Source: Gemmatimonas sp.
GTDB lineage: Bacteria; Gemmatimonadota; Gemmatimonadetes; Gemmatimonadales; Gemmatimonadaceae
Assembly: GCA_965279375.1 (NCBI GenBank)
Contig: OZ257156.1
Coordinates: forward strand, 4,800,001 to 4,864,000
Direction: 5' to 3'
DNA length: 64,000 nt
Shown: in pieces, positions 9,531 to 18,627 of the stretch
Layout: every line of letters starts with the position of its first letter
Position numbering within the stretch: the stretch's first letter is position 1
Program-made: the position numbers and the translations under genes
Notes under the pieces: model-generated
What the model was told of the DNA's origin: nothing
Database searches by the model: none
The model's input: the letters and a program-made list of their open reading frames with translations, nothing else

Positions 9531-11456
9531 ATGCCTCGATTCCTCGTTCGCCTACGCTCGCTGGCGCTTGGCGCCGTGCTGCTCGCTCCCCTCGCTTGCG
9601 GCGGCGGAGGCGACTCAGTCACGACGCCCACGCCGCCGCCGCCCGCCCCCACCGTACAGTCCATCGACGTCACCCCGGCTTCCGCGACGCTCATCGCCGT
9701 GGGGGAGGTCGCCACCCTCTCCGCGACGGTTCGCCTCTCCAACGGCACGACGGGCACGCAGACGGTGAGCTGGAGTTCGTCCAATCCGGCCGTCGCCACG
9801 GTCAGCGGCTCCGGGGCCGTGACCGCCGTCTCCTCGGGCCAGACCAGCATCTCGGCCACGACGAGCGGCGTCACGGGCACCGCAAGCATCACCGTCGCGA
9901 TTCCGGTCGTCCAAACCGTCACGGTGACCCCGACGACTGCGACACTCACCGCGGTCGGGCAGACGACCACGCTGACCGCGGCGGTCAGGCTCTCCAACGG
10001 CGCTATCGGCACGCAGACTCCCACGTGGACGTCGTCGAATCCTGCAGTGGCCACCGTGTCCTCTGCCGGTCTCGTGACCGCGGTGGCGTCGGGGCAGACC
10101 ACCATCAGCGCTGCGGTCGGCACGATCTCCGGACAGGCGGCGATCACGGTCGCGATTCCCTTCGTTCAAACGATCACGCTGACGCCTACCACGGCCACGC
10201 TGACCTCGCTCGGCGCGACCACCGCGCTGCGCGCCGAGGTGCGACTGTCGAATGGAGCGGTCGGCACGCAGACGCCGACGTGGAGTTCGTCGAATCCCGC
10301 CGTAGCCACCGTCAACGGCGGCACCGTGACCGCCGTCGGGAACGGCACCGCCACGATCGCGGCGAATGTGGGTACGGTGAGCGGCCAGGCGACGATCACT
10401 GTCTCTCAGGTGGTCGCGTCTGTGCGGCTCCTGCCCACCGACACCGTGGTCAAGACTGCCGTGCAATTGCGCGCGGCGGCTCTCGACGCCCGCGGCAACG
10501 TGATCGCTAACGCGCCGCTGCAGTGGTCCACCGTGTCGCCGACCATCACCTCGGTGAGTGCGACGGGCGGACTGACACCGCTCTCCACCGGTATCGCTCG
10601 CGTGACCGTGTCCGCCGGAACCTTCAGTGCCACGTCCGTCGTGCGCACGGTGTGGAACGTGAGAGTGCTGAGCGATCTGTTTCCGCTGTACGAGTTCTCT
10701 GCCTCGGCCGGTCAGCGTCGGGCATTGTCGGACGTCAGCCAGAGCCATGCCGACGCACGCGCGGCCATCATGGGACAGGTGTGGAGCTATCTCGAGACGA
10801 TTCTGCCGACGAGCGGTTCCCCCAACACCGACATGTACTTCACCAGCTGGACGCAGCTTTGGACGGAAGTCAGTCCGTTCTGCGGAGGCGTGCTCATCGC
10901 CAACTCGGACATCTACCAGTCATGCACCACTCCGAACTGGACACACTGGATGGTGCCCGGACTCAGCCCGAACGACTTCATCATCATCACGCGCTTCCTG
11001 AGCCGGCAGTTCCTGCTCAGTTCCATGACGACGGTGGGCGCGTTCCCGTGGTTCCTGGCGGGCTACACGCAGTGGCTGTCAGGTGGTGCCTTCCAGGGAT
11101 CCGTGCTGGCCGGCGCTCCCTCGCGCGCGGCCATCAACGACTTCCGCACCGGCGACTCGCTCAGGACGCTCGCGCCGCTGGATACCCTCGTGCTTCTGCC
11201 TTCTGCACGCTTCAGCGTCGGCGTTGAACTGCGCACGCCCGTGGCGGTCCGAATGGCGCAGAGCGTGATGTTCGTCGACTATCTCAACCGTCAGTATCCC
11301 GCGCTGATTCCGCTGATTCTGTCGCGCATCCGCGCGAGACCCGGCTCGCAGTACACCAACACGCTGTTGCTGGAAGAGATCACGTCGCATACGGGGCGCT
11401 CCATCCAGCAGCTGGATTCAGCGTACCTCGTCCACGCGCGAACGCTTCGACCGTAG
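9531..11456 (+). CDS. Lipoprotein with tandem bacterial Ig-like (Big_2) domains and C-terminal peptidase-MA-like domain
   Basis: Lipobox LAC, Pro-rich linker, WSSSNPAVATV repeats. Confidence 0.85.
   Translation: MPRFLVRLRSLALGAVLLAPLACGGGGDSVTTPTPPPPAPTVQSIDVTPASATLIAVGEVATLSATVRLSNGTTGTQTVSWSSSNPAVATVSGSGAVTAVSSGQTSISATTSGVTGTASITVAIPVVQTVTVTPTTATLTAVGQTTTLTAAVRLSNGAIGTQTPTWTSSNPAVATVSSAGLVTAVASGQTTISAAVGTISGQAAITVAIPFVQTITLTPTTATLTSLGATTALRAEVRLSNGAVGTQTPTWSSSNPAVATVNGGTVTAVGNGTATIAANVGTVSGQATITVSQVVASVRLLPTDTVVKTAVQLRAAALDARGNVIANAPLQWSTVSPTITSVSATGGLTPLSTGIARVTVSAGTFSATSVVRTVWNVRVLSDLFPLYEFSASAGQRRALSDVSQSHADARAAIMGQVWSYLETILPTSGSPNTDMYFTSWTQLWTEVSPFCGGVLIANSDIYQSCTTPNWTHWMVPGLSPNDFIIITRFLSRQFLLSSMTTVGAFPWFLAGYTQWLSGGAFQGSVLAGAPSRAAINDFRTGDSLRTLAPLDTLVLLPSARFSVGVELRTPVAVRMAQSVMFVDYLNRQYPALIPLILSRIRARPGSQYTNTLLLEEITSHTGRSIQQLDSAYLVHARTLRP
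9654..10410 (+). repeat. Three ~255-bp (85-aa) intragenic Ig-domain repeats, followed by a diverged fourth copy
   Basis: VQ(S/T)..VTP..ATL...VRLSNG..GTQT..W.SSNPAVATV repeated with starts near 9654, 9909 and 10164. Confidence 0.85.
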
Positions 11457-11542
11457 CCGCGCTCGGCGTTCAGCGAACTACGTTCGCCGTCGTGACAGAA
11501 ATTCTGTCGCGGCGGCGAATGTGTGTTTTCGGGCGATGCGAT

Positions 11543-12013
11543 CTACGCGCGCGCGAGCGGTGCCGTCCGCGCCTTCGCCAGCTTGACGAGATCAGCCGGC
11601 GCGAGTGCCAGCTCGAGGCCACGGCGTCCTGCGCTCACATGCATGAGCGGCAGCGTGAGCGCGCTCGCATCGATCACCACGGGAAGCTGCTTTCGCTGCC
11701 CAATCGGGCTGATGCCGCCCACCACATAGCCTGTCGCCCGTTCCGCAGCCGCCGGCTCGGCCATCCGCGCGCGACGCGCCCCGACGGCATCGGCCAACGC
11801 CTTGAGATCGAGCATCGCCGACACCGGCACCACGGCGCAGACGAGGCCAACCCCGTCCACGTCGGCGACCAGCGTCTTGAACACCGACGCCGGGTCCAGC
11901 CCCAGCACATCGGCCGCCTCGCGACCGAACGACTCGGCGGACGGGTCGTGTGTGTACTCGAGCACCTCATGGACCACACCGGCTTTCCGGGCGAGAAGAA
12001 TCGCGGGCGTCAT
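11543..12013 (-). CDS. ybaK: Cys-tRNA(Pro) deacylase
   Basis: MTPAI, VFKTLV, TGYVVGGISPIGQ, SAGRRGL. Confidence 0.93.
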   Translation of the reverse strand: MTPAILLARKAGVVHEVLEYTHDPSAESFGREAADVLGLDPASVFKTLVADVDGVGLVCAVVPVSAMLDLKALADAVGARRARMAEPAAAERATGYVVGGISPIGQRKQLPVVIDASALTLPLMHVSAGRRGLELALAPADLVKLAKARTAPLARA

Positions 12014-12054
12014 GCGGCTAACTTTAATCGCTCACGCCTCACGCGATCGCCGCC

Positions 12055-13356
12055 GTGCACACGCCCTCTCCGCCTTCGCTGAACGCCACACCGCCTCGTC
12101 GCATTCTGCTGGTGGACGCCGACGCCTTCTTTGTGGCCGTCGCCCGCCAGGAGGATCCCGAGGGCGCGGGCAAGGCCGCGTTGCTCATCGTCGGTGGGCG
12201 CCCCGGCTCGCGGGGGGTCGTCTGCAGCGCGTCCTACGAGTGTCGTGCCTATGGCGTCCGCTCGGCCATGTCGATCTCGCGTGCCCTGCAGCTCTGCCCC
12301 AAGGCGATGTGCGTACCGGTACCACGGCACGCCTGCGGTCGGCGCAGCAAGGAGATTCAGCAGGTGCTCGCCCGCTTCACTCCCGTGCTGCAGGCCTCGA
12401 GCATCGACGAGTGGTACCTCGACATGGGGGGGACCGATGCGCTCTACGGTCATGAGTCGTTGACCGCGACGGCACATCGCATCCGCACGGCCGTGTTCGA
12501 GGCCACCGGTCTCAATGTGTCCATCGGCGGCGGCACGAGCCGCCTGGTGGCTAAGATGGCCGTGGAGCGCGGCAAGCCCAAGCCGGGATCTGGCGCCGAT
12601 GGGGTCTGTTGTGTGCCTCCGGGGGCCGAGGAGGCCTTTCTGGCGGGCTTTCGCCTCGCGGACCTCCCAATGGTCGGACCCAAACTCAGCGCGCGCCTGG
12701 AGGGGCACGGGCTGGTGACGATCGCGGACGCGCAGGCATGGAGCCGCGAGCGACTGGTGCAGACGGTGGGCGAACACACGGGGGAGTCGTTGTGGCGACG
12801 GGTACGCGGCATCGACGAGAGCGTCGTGTCTCAGCGCGACCACCAGAAGCAGGTGAGTCGGGAAGAGACGTTCGCGCGCGACCTTCACGACGATGACGTG
12901 GTGGAACGGGAGCTGTTGCGACTGGCGGTTCGCGTGGCCACGGATTTGCGCCGACAGGCGCTGCAGGCCCGGACGATCACGGTCAAGCTGCGGGACAGCG
13001 ACTTCCGCACGCGGTCAGCCCAGCGCACGCTGGCGCAGCCGATCGAGAGCGAGCAGTCGGTCGCCCGGGCAGCGCGCACGCTGCTGCGGGCCCTGCGCAA
13101 GCGCCGGCGGGTGGGCGTGCGGTTGCTGGGAATCGGGCTGTCGCACTTCGAGGATGACGTCGTGGTTCCGCCGCAGCTCGGCCTCTTCCCCGCTCCGCCG
13201 CCGGTACCCAATCCCGACGAGCCGGTGGAGGGAGACCGGGACCGCGCCTTGACCCGGGCACTGGATCGGATCCGGAACCGTTATGGACAGGGCGCAATCG
13301 TCCCCGCTCGGCTGGTGGATCCGTCAAACGATCCGGGGCCACGGGTCGAGGAGTAG
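12055..13356 (+). CDS. dinB: DNA polymerase IV (Y-family)
   Basis: DADAFF, SASYECRAYGVRSAM, SIDE, RLLGIG and a QLGLF clamp-binding motif. Confidence 0.93.
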   Translation: MHTPSPPSLNATPPRRILLVDADAFFVAVARQEDPEGAGKAALLIVGGRPGSRGVVCSASYECRAYGVRSAMSISRALQLCPKAMCVPVPRHACGRRSKEIQQVLARFTPVLQASSIDEWYLDMGGTDALYGHESLTATAHRIRTAVFEATGLNVSIGGGTSRLVAKMAVERGKPKPGSGADGVCCVPPGAEEAFLAGFRLADLPMVGPKLSARLEGHGLVTIADAQAWSRERLVQTVGEHTGESLWRRVRGIDESVVSQRDHQKQVSREETFARDLHDDDVVERELLRLAVRVATDLRRQALQARTITVKLRDSDFRTRSAQRTLAQPIESEQSVARAARTLLRALRKRRRVGVRLLGIGLSHFEDDVVVPPQLGLFPAPPPVPNPDEPVEGDRDRALTRALDRIRNRYGQGAIVPARLVDPSNDPGPRVEE

Positions 13357-13470
13357 TCCGCCGCTTCCGAGTCGTCCGCAGGTCGCTTACCTTGCGTCCG
13401 GTCGAGTCCATCAGGGCTCAGTCTCCTTCTCGCCGGCATTTGCCGGTCGCGCTTTCGACGGGGTTTCCTC

Positions 13471-13701
13471 ATGAGCAGTGCTGCGTACGATCCGAACAAG
13501 CAGGGCTGGGGCTTCGCCAGCGTCGTCGTCATCATGACGCTCGGCTTGCTCTACACCGCCTATTCGATCCACTCGAGCACCTACATTCACCCGCGCGATC
13601 CCATGGCCGTGCAGGTCTATCATGAGCGCGACGCCAAGGGTGGCGAGAGCCATGAAGCGCCCAAGGGTGAAGCCGCCGCCGCACCCAAGGCCGAGCACTA
13701 A
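13471..13701 (+). CDS. Small single-TM hypothetical protein
   Basis: 76 aa with one hydrophobic helix and GC3-biased codons; followed by an intrinsic terminator. Confidence 0.7.
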   Translation: MSSAAYDPNKQGWGFASVVVIMTLGLLYTAYSIHSSTYIHPRDPMAVQVYHERDAKGGESHEAPKGEAAAAPKAEH

Positions 13702-13719
13702 GCCCAGTACCGTTCCGCC

Positions 13720-13758
13720 AAACGCCGCGTGGCCCCGAGCCGCGCGGCGTTTTTGTTT
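13720..13758 (+). terminator. Rho-independent terminator
   Basis: Stem AAACGCCGCGTGGC / GCCGCGCGGCGTTT followed by TTGTTT. Confidence 0.8.
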
Positions 13759-13771
13759 GCCTGGTCAAATC

Positions 13772-13786
13772 ATAGATATTATCTAT
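13772..13786. promoter_or_regulatory. LysR-type operator (T-N11-A palindrome)
   Basis: ATAGA-TATTA-TCTAT, ~100 bp upstream of sbtA, in an operon that ends in a LysR gene. Confidence 0.65.
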
Positions 13787-13889
13787 TGTTTTTCTCACTA
13801 CATTCAATTTGTGGATGGCACGGAAGTCGCTCAGCTTGCGGATCGAATGGCGCGTGCACACGGCGCGCGCAGATCACGCCGAGCCACGG

Positions 13890-14879
13890 ATGACCATGCT
13901 CTCAACGCTGCAGGCCAACCTGCTCTCCCCGATTCCGCTCGCGTTCGCGCTCGGCGTGATCGCGCGATCGATCAAGAGCGAGTTCTCGCTCCCGAAGGAT
14001 CTCTATGCATCGCTGTCGATCTACCTGTTGTTTGCGCTCGGGCTCAAGGGCGGCGCCGAGCTCGCGCATGCAACCTTCGACAGCATCGCACGGCCCGCTG
14101 CGGCGACGCTTTTGCTCGGCTGCATCACGCCGATTTCGGCCTTCCTGATCCTGCGCTCGGTCGGACGCTTCAGCAGCGCGGACTCGGCGGGCATCGCGGC
14201 ACATTACGGCTCGGTGAGCGCGGTGACGTTCATTGCGGCGCAGCAGTTCGTGCAGCGCGTGGGCGCTCCCCTCGAATCTTTCATGCCCACGCTGCTCACG
14301 CTGCTGGAGAGTCCCGGCATTCACATCGCGCTGGCGATCGGTGCCATTCAGCGCAACCGTGCGTTAGGTCGGAGTGGCGGTGCCGAAACCAGTTCCATCT
14401 GGCAGGTGCTGCACGAAGTGCTGACCGGTCGCACGATGGTGCTGCTCGTGGGTGGCCTGCTGGTGGGCTACCTGATGGGCGAGAGCGGTTGGAAAGCCGT
14501 CAGTCCGTTCTTCGACAGCGGGTTCAAGGGTGCGCTGATGCTCTTCCTGCTGGAGATGGGCATCGTGGCCGGCTCCCGCCTTGGCGACCTGCGCAAGGTC
14601 GGACCGTTTCTGATGGGCTTCGGCATCGCCGTTCCGCTGATGCACGGCGCACTGGGCGTGGTGCTGGGACACTGGGCCGGACTCTCCGTGGGTGGCTGCA
14701 CGGTGCTGGCCGCGATGGCCGCGAGTGCCAGCTACATCGCCGCACCGCCTGCCGTGCGACTCACGCTGCCCGAGGCGAATCCCACGTACTCGTTGACGGC
14801 GGCACTCGCCATCACCTTCCCGTTCAACATTCTGGCGGGAATTCCGATCTACTATCGCATCGCTCAGGCGCTCGCCTGA
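13890..14879 (+). CDS. sbtA: Sodium-dependent bicarbonate transporter family permease
   Basis: LSIYLLFALGLKGG, AHYGSVSAVTF, LESPGI, FLLEMG, ASASYIAAP, ITFPFNI motifs. Confidence 0.92.
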   Translation: MTMLSTLQANLLSPIPLAFALGVIARSIKSEFSLPKDLYASLSIYLLFALGLKGGAELAHATFDSIARPAAATLLLGCITPISAFLILRSVGRFSSADSAGIAAHYGSVSAVTFIAAQQFVQRVGAPLESFMPTLLTLLESPGIHIALAIGAIQRNRALGRSGGAETSSIWQVLHEVLTGRTMVLLVGGLLVGYLMGESGWKAVSPFFDSGFKGALMLFLLEMGIVAGSRLGDLRKVGPFLMGFGIAVPLMHGALGVVLGHWAGLSVGGCTVLAAMAASASYIAAPPAVRLTLPEANPTYSLTAALAITFPFNILAGIPIYYRIAQALA

Positions 14880-14894
14880 CGGGAGACAACGCAC

Positions 14895-15272
14895 ATGCAC
14901 ACCCCCTCGTTGTCCGCCTCCGCCATGAACGCGCCCACGACTGCGCACCCTCACACGTATCCGCTCAAGCTGGTGACCATCATCGCCGAGCCCGTGCTGG
15001 AGACGCGGCTCACCTCCGAACTGCGCAAGCTGGGCGCGACCGGCTGGACGATCGTGGACGGGCGCGGTGAAGGCTCGCGCGGCATTCACGCGGCAGAGAT
15101 TCCCGGCGTGAACATCCGGATCGAGACGATCGTCTCGCCCGACGTCGCATCGCGCATCGTGTCGCACATGGCCACGCACTACTTCACCGACTACGAAGTC
15201 ATCGCGTACGTAAGCGACGTCGCGGTGGTACGCAGCGAGAAGTACGTGGTCGCGCCCAAGGAGTCCCGCTGA
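14895..15272 (+). CDS. sbtB: PII-like regulatory protein SbtB
   Basis: KLVTIIAE, GATGWTI, GRGEGSRG, NIRIETIV; directly downstream of sbtA. Start could be 14925. Confidence 0.85.
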   Translation: MHTPSLSASAMNAPTTAHPHTYPLKLVTIIAEPVLETRLTSELRKLGATGWTIVDGRGEGSRGIHAAEIPGVNIRIETIVSPDVASRIVSHMATHYFTDYEVIAYVSDVAVVRSEKYVVAPKESR

Positions 15273-15994
15273 TGTGCGCGCCCGTGACGCCGGCAGCGAC
15301 TCGCCGTGCGGCGCTTGGCCGCCTCGCGCGCATCGGTGCAGGCGCGCTCGCGGCCACGCTTGTGCCGAGCGCACACGAGTCGCACGCGCAGGGGTCACCG
15401 CGAACCGAGCCGATTCCTGAAACGCCGGCGGAGGCGCTCGATGCCTTGTATCGTGGAAATCGCCGATTCGCCGAGGGAAAGGTGACCACGCCCCACAGGA
15501 ACATGGCGCGCCTGAAGGAGGTGGCCGCTGGGCAGAAGCCGTTCGCTGCGTTCCTTGGCTGCGCGGACTCGCGCGTTCCCGTGGAGATCGTGTTCGACCA
15601 GGGCTTCGGCGACGTGTTCGTCACGCGCATCGCGGGAAACGTGGCCGATCCGGCGATCATCGGCAGCCTTGAGTTCGGCATCGAAGTGCTGGGTGCCAAG
15701 GTGCTGTATGTGCTGGGCCACTCTCGCTGCGGCGCCGTGGCGGCAACGCTCACCGGCGATGCGGTGCCTGGACAGATCTCCACGTTGTATCAGCACATTC
15801 GTCGCGCGGCGAAGGAGTCGCACGGCAATCTGTCGACGGCGATTCGCCGCAATGTGCAGATTCAGGCGGAGATCCTGAGTGAGGCGTCGCCGGTGATTGC
15901 GAAACGGCTCGCGTCGAAGCAACTCATCATCGCCGGCGGCGTGTACGATCTCGATAGCGGACTGGTGTCGCCCATCGCGTTGCCGAGCCGCTGA
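15272..15994 (+). CDS. Beta-class carbonic anhydrase with predicted Tat signal peptide
   Basis: GCADSRV and GHSRCGAV Zn ligands; N-terminal TRRAAL followed by a hydrophobic stretch. Confidence 0.92.
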   Translation: MCAPVTPAATRRAALGRLARIGAGALAATLVPSAHESHAQGSPRTEPIPETPAEALDALYRGNRRFAEGKVTTPHRNMARLKEVAAGQKPFAAFLGCADSRVPVEIVFDQGFGDVFVTRIAGNVADPAIIGSLEFGIEVLGAKVLYVLGHSRCGAVAATLTGDAVPGQISTLYQHIRRAAKESHGNLSTAIRRNVQIQAEILSEASPVIAKRLASKQLIIAGGVYDLDSGLVSPIALPSR

Positions 15995-16013
15995 CTCGCC
16001 AGAAAGGAATACC

Positions 16014-16928
16014 ATGGCTACACCGACACTCAACACGCTCAACTACCAGCACCTGCTGTACTTCTGGGTAATCGCGCGCGAGGGAAGCATCGCGCGTGCG
16101 ACGACGGTGCTCAACCTGACGCAGCCAACGATCAGCACGCAGCTCAAGACGCTCGAGCGGTCGCTGGGAGCCGCGCTTTTCGAGCGACGTGGCCGCGGCC
16201 TCGTGTTGACGGACATCGGCCAGCTCGTGTTTCGCTATGCCGACGAGATGTTTCGCACGGGTCGCGAACTCACGCAGGCGCTGGCGCGCGGTAGTGGTGC
16301 CATGCCGACGCGCCTGGTGGTCGGGATTTCGGACTCGCTCCCCAAGCTGACCACGTGGAGACTATTGCAGCCCGCATTGGCGATAACGCCGCGTTTCCGA
16401 CTGACCTGCCGCATCGACAAGACGGAGCGACTGGTGGCCGACCTTGCCTCGCACGCGCTGGACGTGGTGCTGGCGGATACGCCAGTGTCGCCGTCGTCAC
16501 CCGTGCGCACCTTCAACCATCTGCTCGGCGAGTGCGGCGTGACCATCTTCGGAGCTGAGTCGCTGGCGAAGCGCTATCGGCGTGGCTTTCCCGAATCGCT
16601 GGATGGCGCACCGTTCGTACTACAGACGGAGAACACGGCCTTGCGTCGCAGCTTTGATGCGTGGTGCATCGCACACGACGTGCGCCCCGAGATCACCTGC
16701 GAGGTGGAGGACGTCGCACTGCTGCAGGTGTTTGGACAGGAGGGGATGGGACTCTTCGCCGCTCCCACCGTGGTGGAGGCGCAGATTCGCCGGCAGTACA
16801 GTGTGAGGGTGGTTGGGCGACTGCCCGATGTCCGCGAGCGCTTCTACGCGATCAGCGTAGAGCGCCAACTCGTGCATCCGGGCGTCGTCGCACTATCAGA
16901 GGCCGCGCGGACGCGGCTGTTCACCTGA
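16014..16928 (+). CDS. nhaR: LysR-family transcriptional activator, NhaR-like
   Basis: LNYQHLLYFWVIAREGSIARA...LTQPTISTQLK, FNHLLGEC, ERFYAISVER; RBS AAAGGA. Confidence 0.85.
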   Translation: MATPTLNTLNYQHLLYFWVIAREGSIARATTVLNLTQPTISTQLKTLERSLGAALFERRGRGLVLTDIGQLVFRYADEMFRTGRELTQALARGSGAMPTRLVVGISDSLPKLTTWRLLQPALAITPRFRLTCRIDKTERLVADLASHALDVVLADTPVSPSSPVRTFNHLLGECGVTIFGAESLAKRYRRGFPESLDGAPFVLQTENTALRRSFDAWCIAHDVRPEITCEVEDVALLQVFGQEGMGLFAAPTVVEAQIRRQYSVRVVGRLPDVRERFYAISVERQLVHPGVVALSEAARTRLFT

Positions 16929-16944
16929 CGACGAAGCAGACCCG

Positions 16945-18585
16945 CTACTTCGCGACCGGGAGCGTGAACCAGAATTCGCTTCCTTCGTTCACGGTGCTCT
17001 CCACGCCAATCTCGCCACCGTGCGCTTCCACGATGCCCTTGGCGATGAACAACCCAAGCCCCGATCCCGCGCGCAGCAGACGCGGCGCCTGCCAATAGCG
17101 CTCGAAGAGGCGCGGAAGATCCTCCGTGGCAATCCCCGGCCCGGTGTCCTTCACTGAAATGCGAACGACGCCGTTCAGTGGTTCGACGGTCAGCCGGACT
17201 TCACCACCGTGCGGCGTGAAGCGCACCGCGTTGGCGAGGAGATTCGAGAAGACCTGCAGCACCCGCCCACGATCGGCGATGATTGGCGGTGTATCGGGCT
17301 TGATCACGCGCACGAAGCGGATCGCCGCGTCTTCCATCACGTGCTCGAACAGATCGGCAGATTCGCACGCGAGCTCCACCACGTCCACGCGCCGCTGCTC
17401 GACGCGCAAACGTCCGGCTGAAATGCGCGACACGTCCTGCAGATCCTGAATCAGGCCGTCGGCCTGACGTGCGGCAGCGCGAATCGATTCCACCTGCTCG
17501 CGCTCCATCAGCCCGCGCGACTCCCCGTCGTCGCGACTGAGTACGGCACCGGTCAGCATGACGATGGCATTGACTGGATTGCGCAAATCATGCGAGACGA
17601 TGGCGAGCATCTCCTCACGCTCACGCACCGCCTGTCGCGCCGCCTGATAGAGCCGCGCGTTCTCCAGCGCGAGTGCGGCCAGACCGGCGTACTGATCCGC
17701 CAACTGCACCTCTTCGACCGCATGCACGGCGCCAGCGCGCGTACGAACGAGATGCAGTACGCCGATGGCGCGTCCGCCCGCGCGCAACGGTACGAGCAAC
17801 ACGGCAGACGCGCCCAACGACTCGGCGCGCGCGCGCTCGCCCGCGTCGTGGAAGTTGGCCTGCATCCACGCACTGATGTCGGTGATGCGTTGCGCTTCGG
17901 ACTCGTGCGCCACGCGACTGCCGCTGGCCGGATGCGGATCGGAGTCGAGCGGCAACTCGGTGCGCGTCATGAATCCGGCGGTGATCTCCTGCCGGATCGG
18001 ATCCATGTGCGTCGCGGCCGCACGGCGAATACCACCATCGGGCGAGAGCAGTTCGAGCATGCTCCACTCGCCGAGCAAGGGCACGGGAAGCTCGGTGACC
18101 GTGGCCATCGTGGACTCGAGGTCGAGCGATGCCGCCAACACCCAGCCGGCCGTGGCGAGCAAGCGTTGGCGCTCTTCGCTCCGCCGCCGTTCGCTCACGT
18201 CACGCAACGTCACCATGAAGGTGCGCTCGCCATCGATCGTTACGCGTGCGATCGACGCCTCAGCGGGGAATTCCGCACCTGAACGTCGCAAACCCGCGAT
18301 CTCGGCGCGCGTCGCCATCGGTCGCGCATCGGAGGGGCCTTCTGCGAATGTTCGAACGTGTCCGCGATGAATCGCTCGCGCCCCCATCGGCAGCAGGCGA
18401 TCGAGCGCCTGTCCGAGCATTTCGGTTTCCGTCCATCCGAAAATCTGTTCGGCGCCGCGGTTAAACCGGACGATGCGGAAGTCGTTATCGAGCGCGATGA
18501 TGGCATCGGCGGCGATGTCGACGATCGCGGCGAGGGCCGCATGCGAATGCGGGATATCGCGAAATGAATGTCTTTGCTCAGTCAT
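16945..18585 (-). CDS. PAS/GAF sensor histidine kinase
   Basis: PAS (FNRGAEQIFG), GAF (ALALENARLY), SHDLRNP, NLLANA, DTGPG, GSGLGL. True start taken at MTEQRH. Confidence 0.9.
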   Translation of the reverse strand: MTEQRHSFRDIPHSHAALAAIVDIAADAIIALDNDFRIVRFNRGAEQIFGWTETEMLGQALDRLLPMGARAIHRGHVRTFAEGPSDARPMATRAEIAGLRRSGAEFPAEASIARVTIDGERTFMVTLRDVSERRRSEERQRLLATAGWVLAASLDLESTMATVTELPVPLLGEWSMLELLSPDGGIRRAAATHMDPIRQEITAGFMTRTELPLDSDPHPASGSRVAHESEAQRITDISAWMQANFHDAGERARAESLGASAVLLVPLRAGGRAIGVLHLVRTRAGAVHAVEEVQLADQYAGLAALALENARLYQAARQAVREREEMLAIVSHDLRNPVNAIVMLTGAVLSRDDGESRGLMEREQVESIRAAARQADGLIQDLQDVSRISAGRLRVEQRRVDVVELACESADLFEHVMEDAAIRFVRVIKPDTPPIIADRGRVLQVFSNLLANAVRFTPHGGEVRLTVEPLNGVVRISVKDTGPGIATEDLPRLFERYWQAPRLLRAGSGLGLFIAKGIVEAHGGEIGVESTVNEGSEFWFTLPVAK

Positions 18586-18627
18586 GACATGGGGAGCATA
18601 GCACGTCAGGCGTGTAAGTTTCCAGCC

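Noticed and set aside
12014..12054. LexA/SOS box before dinB
   Set aside because: No palindrome I could recognise; the host's LexA motif is unknown to me.
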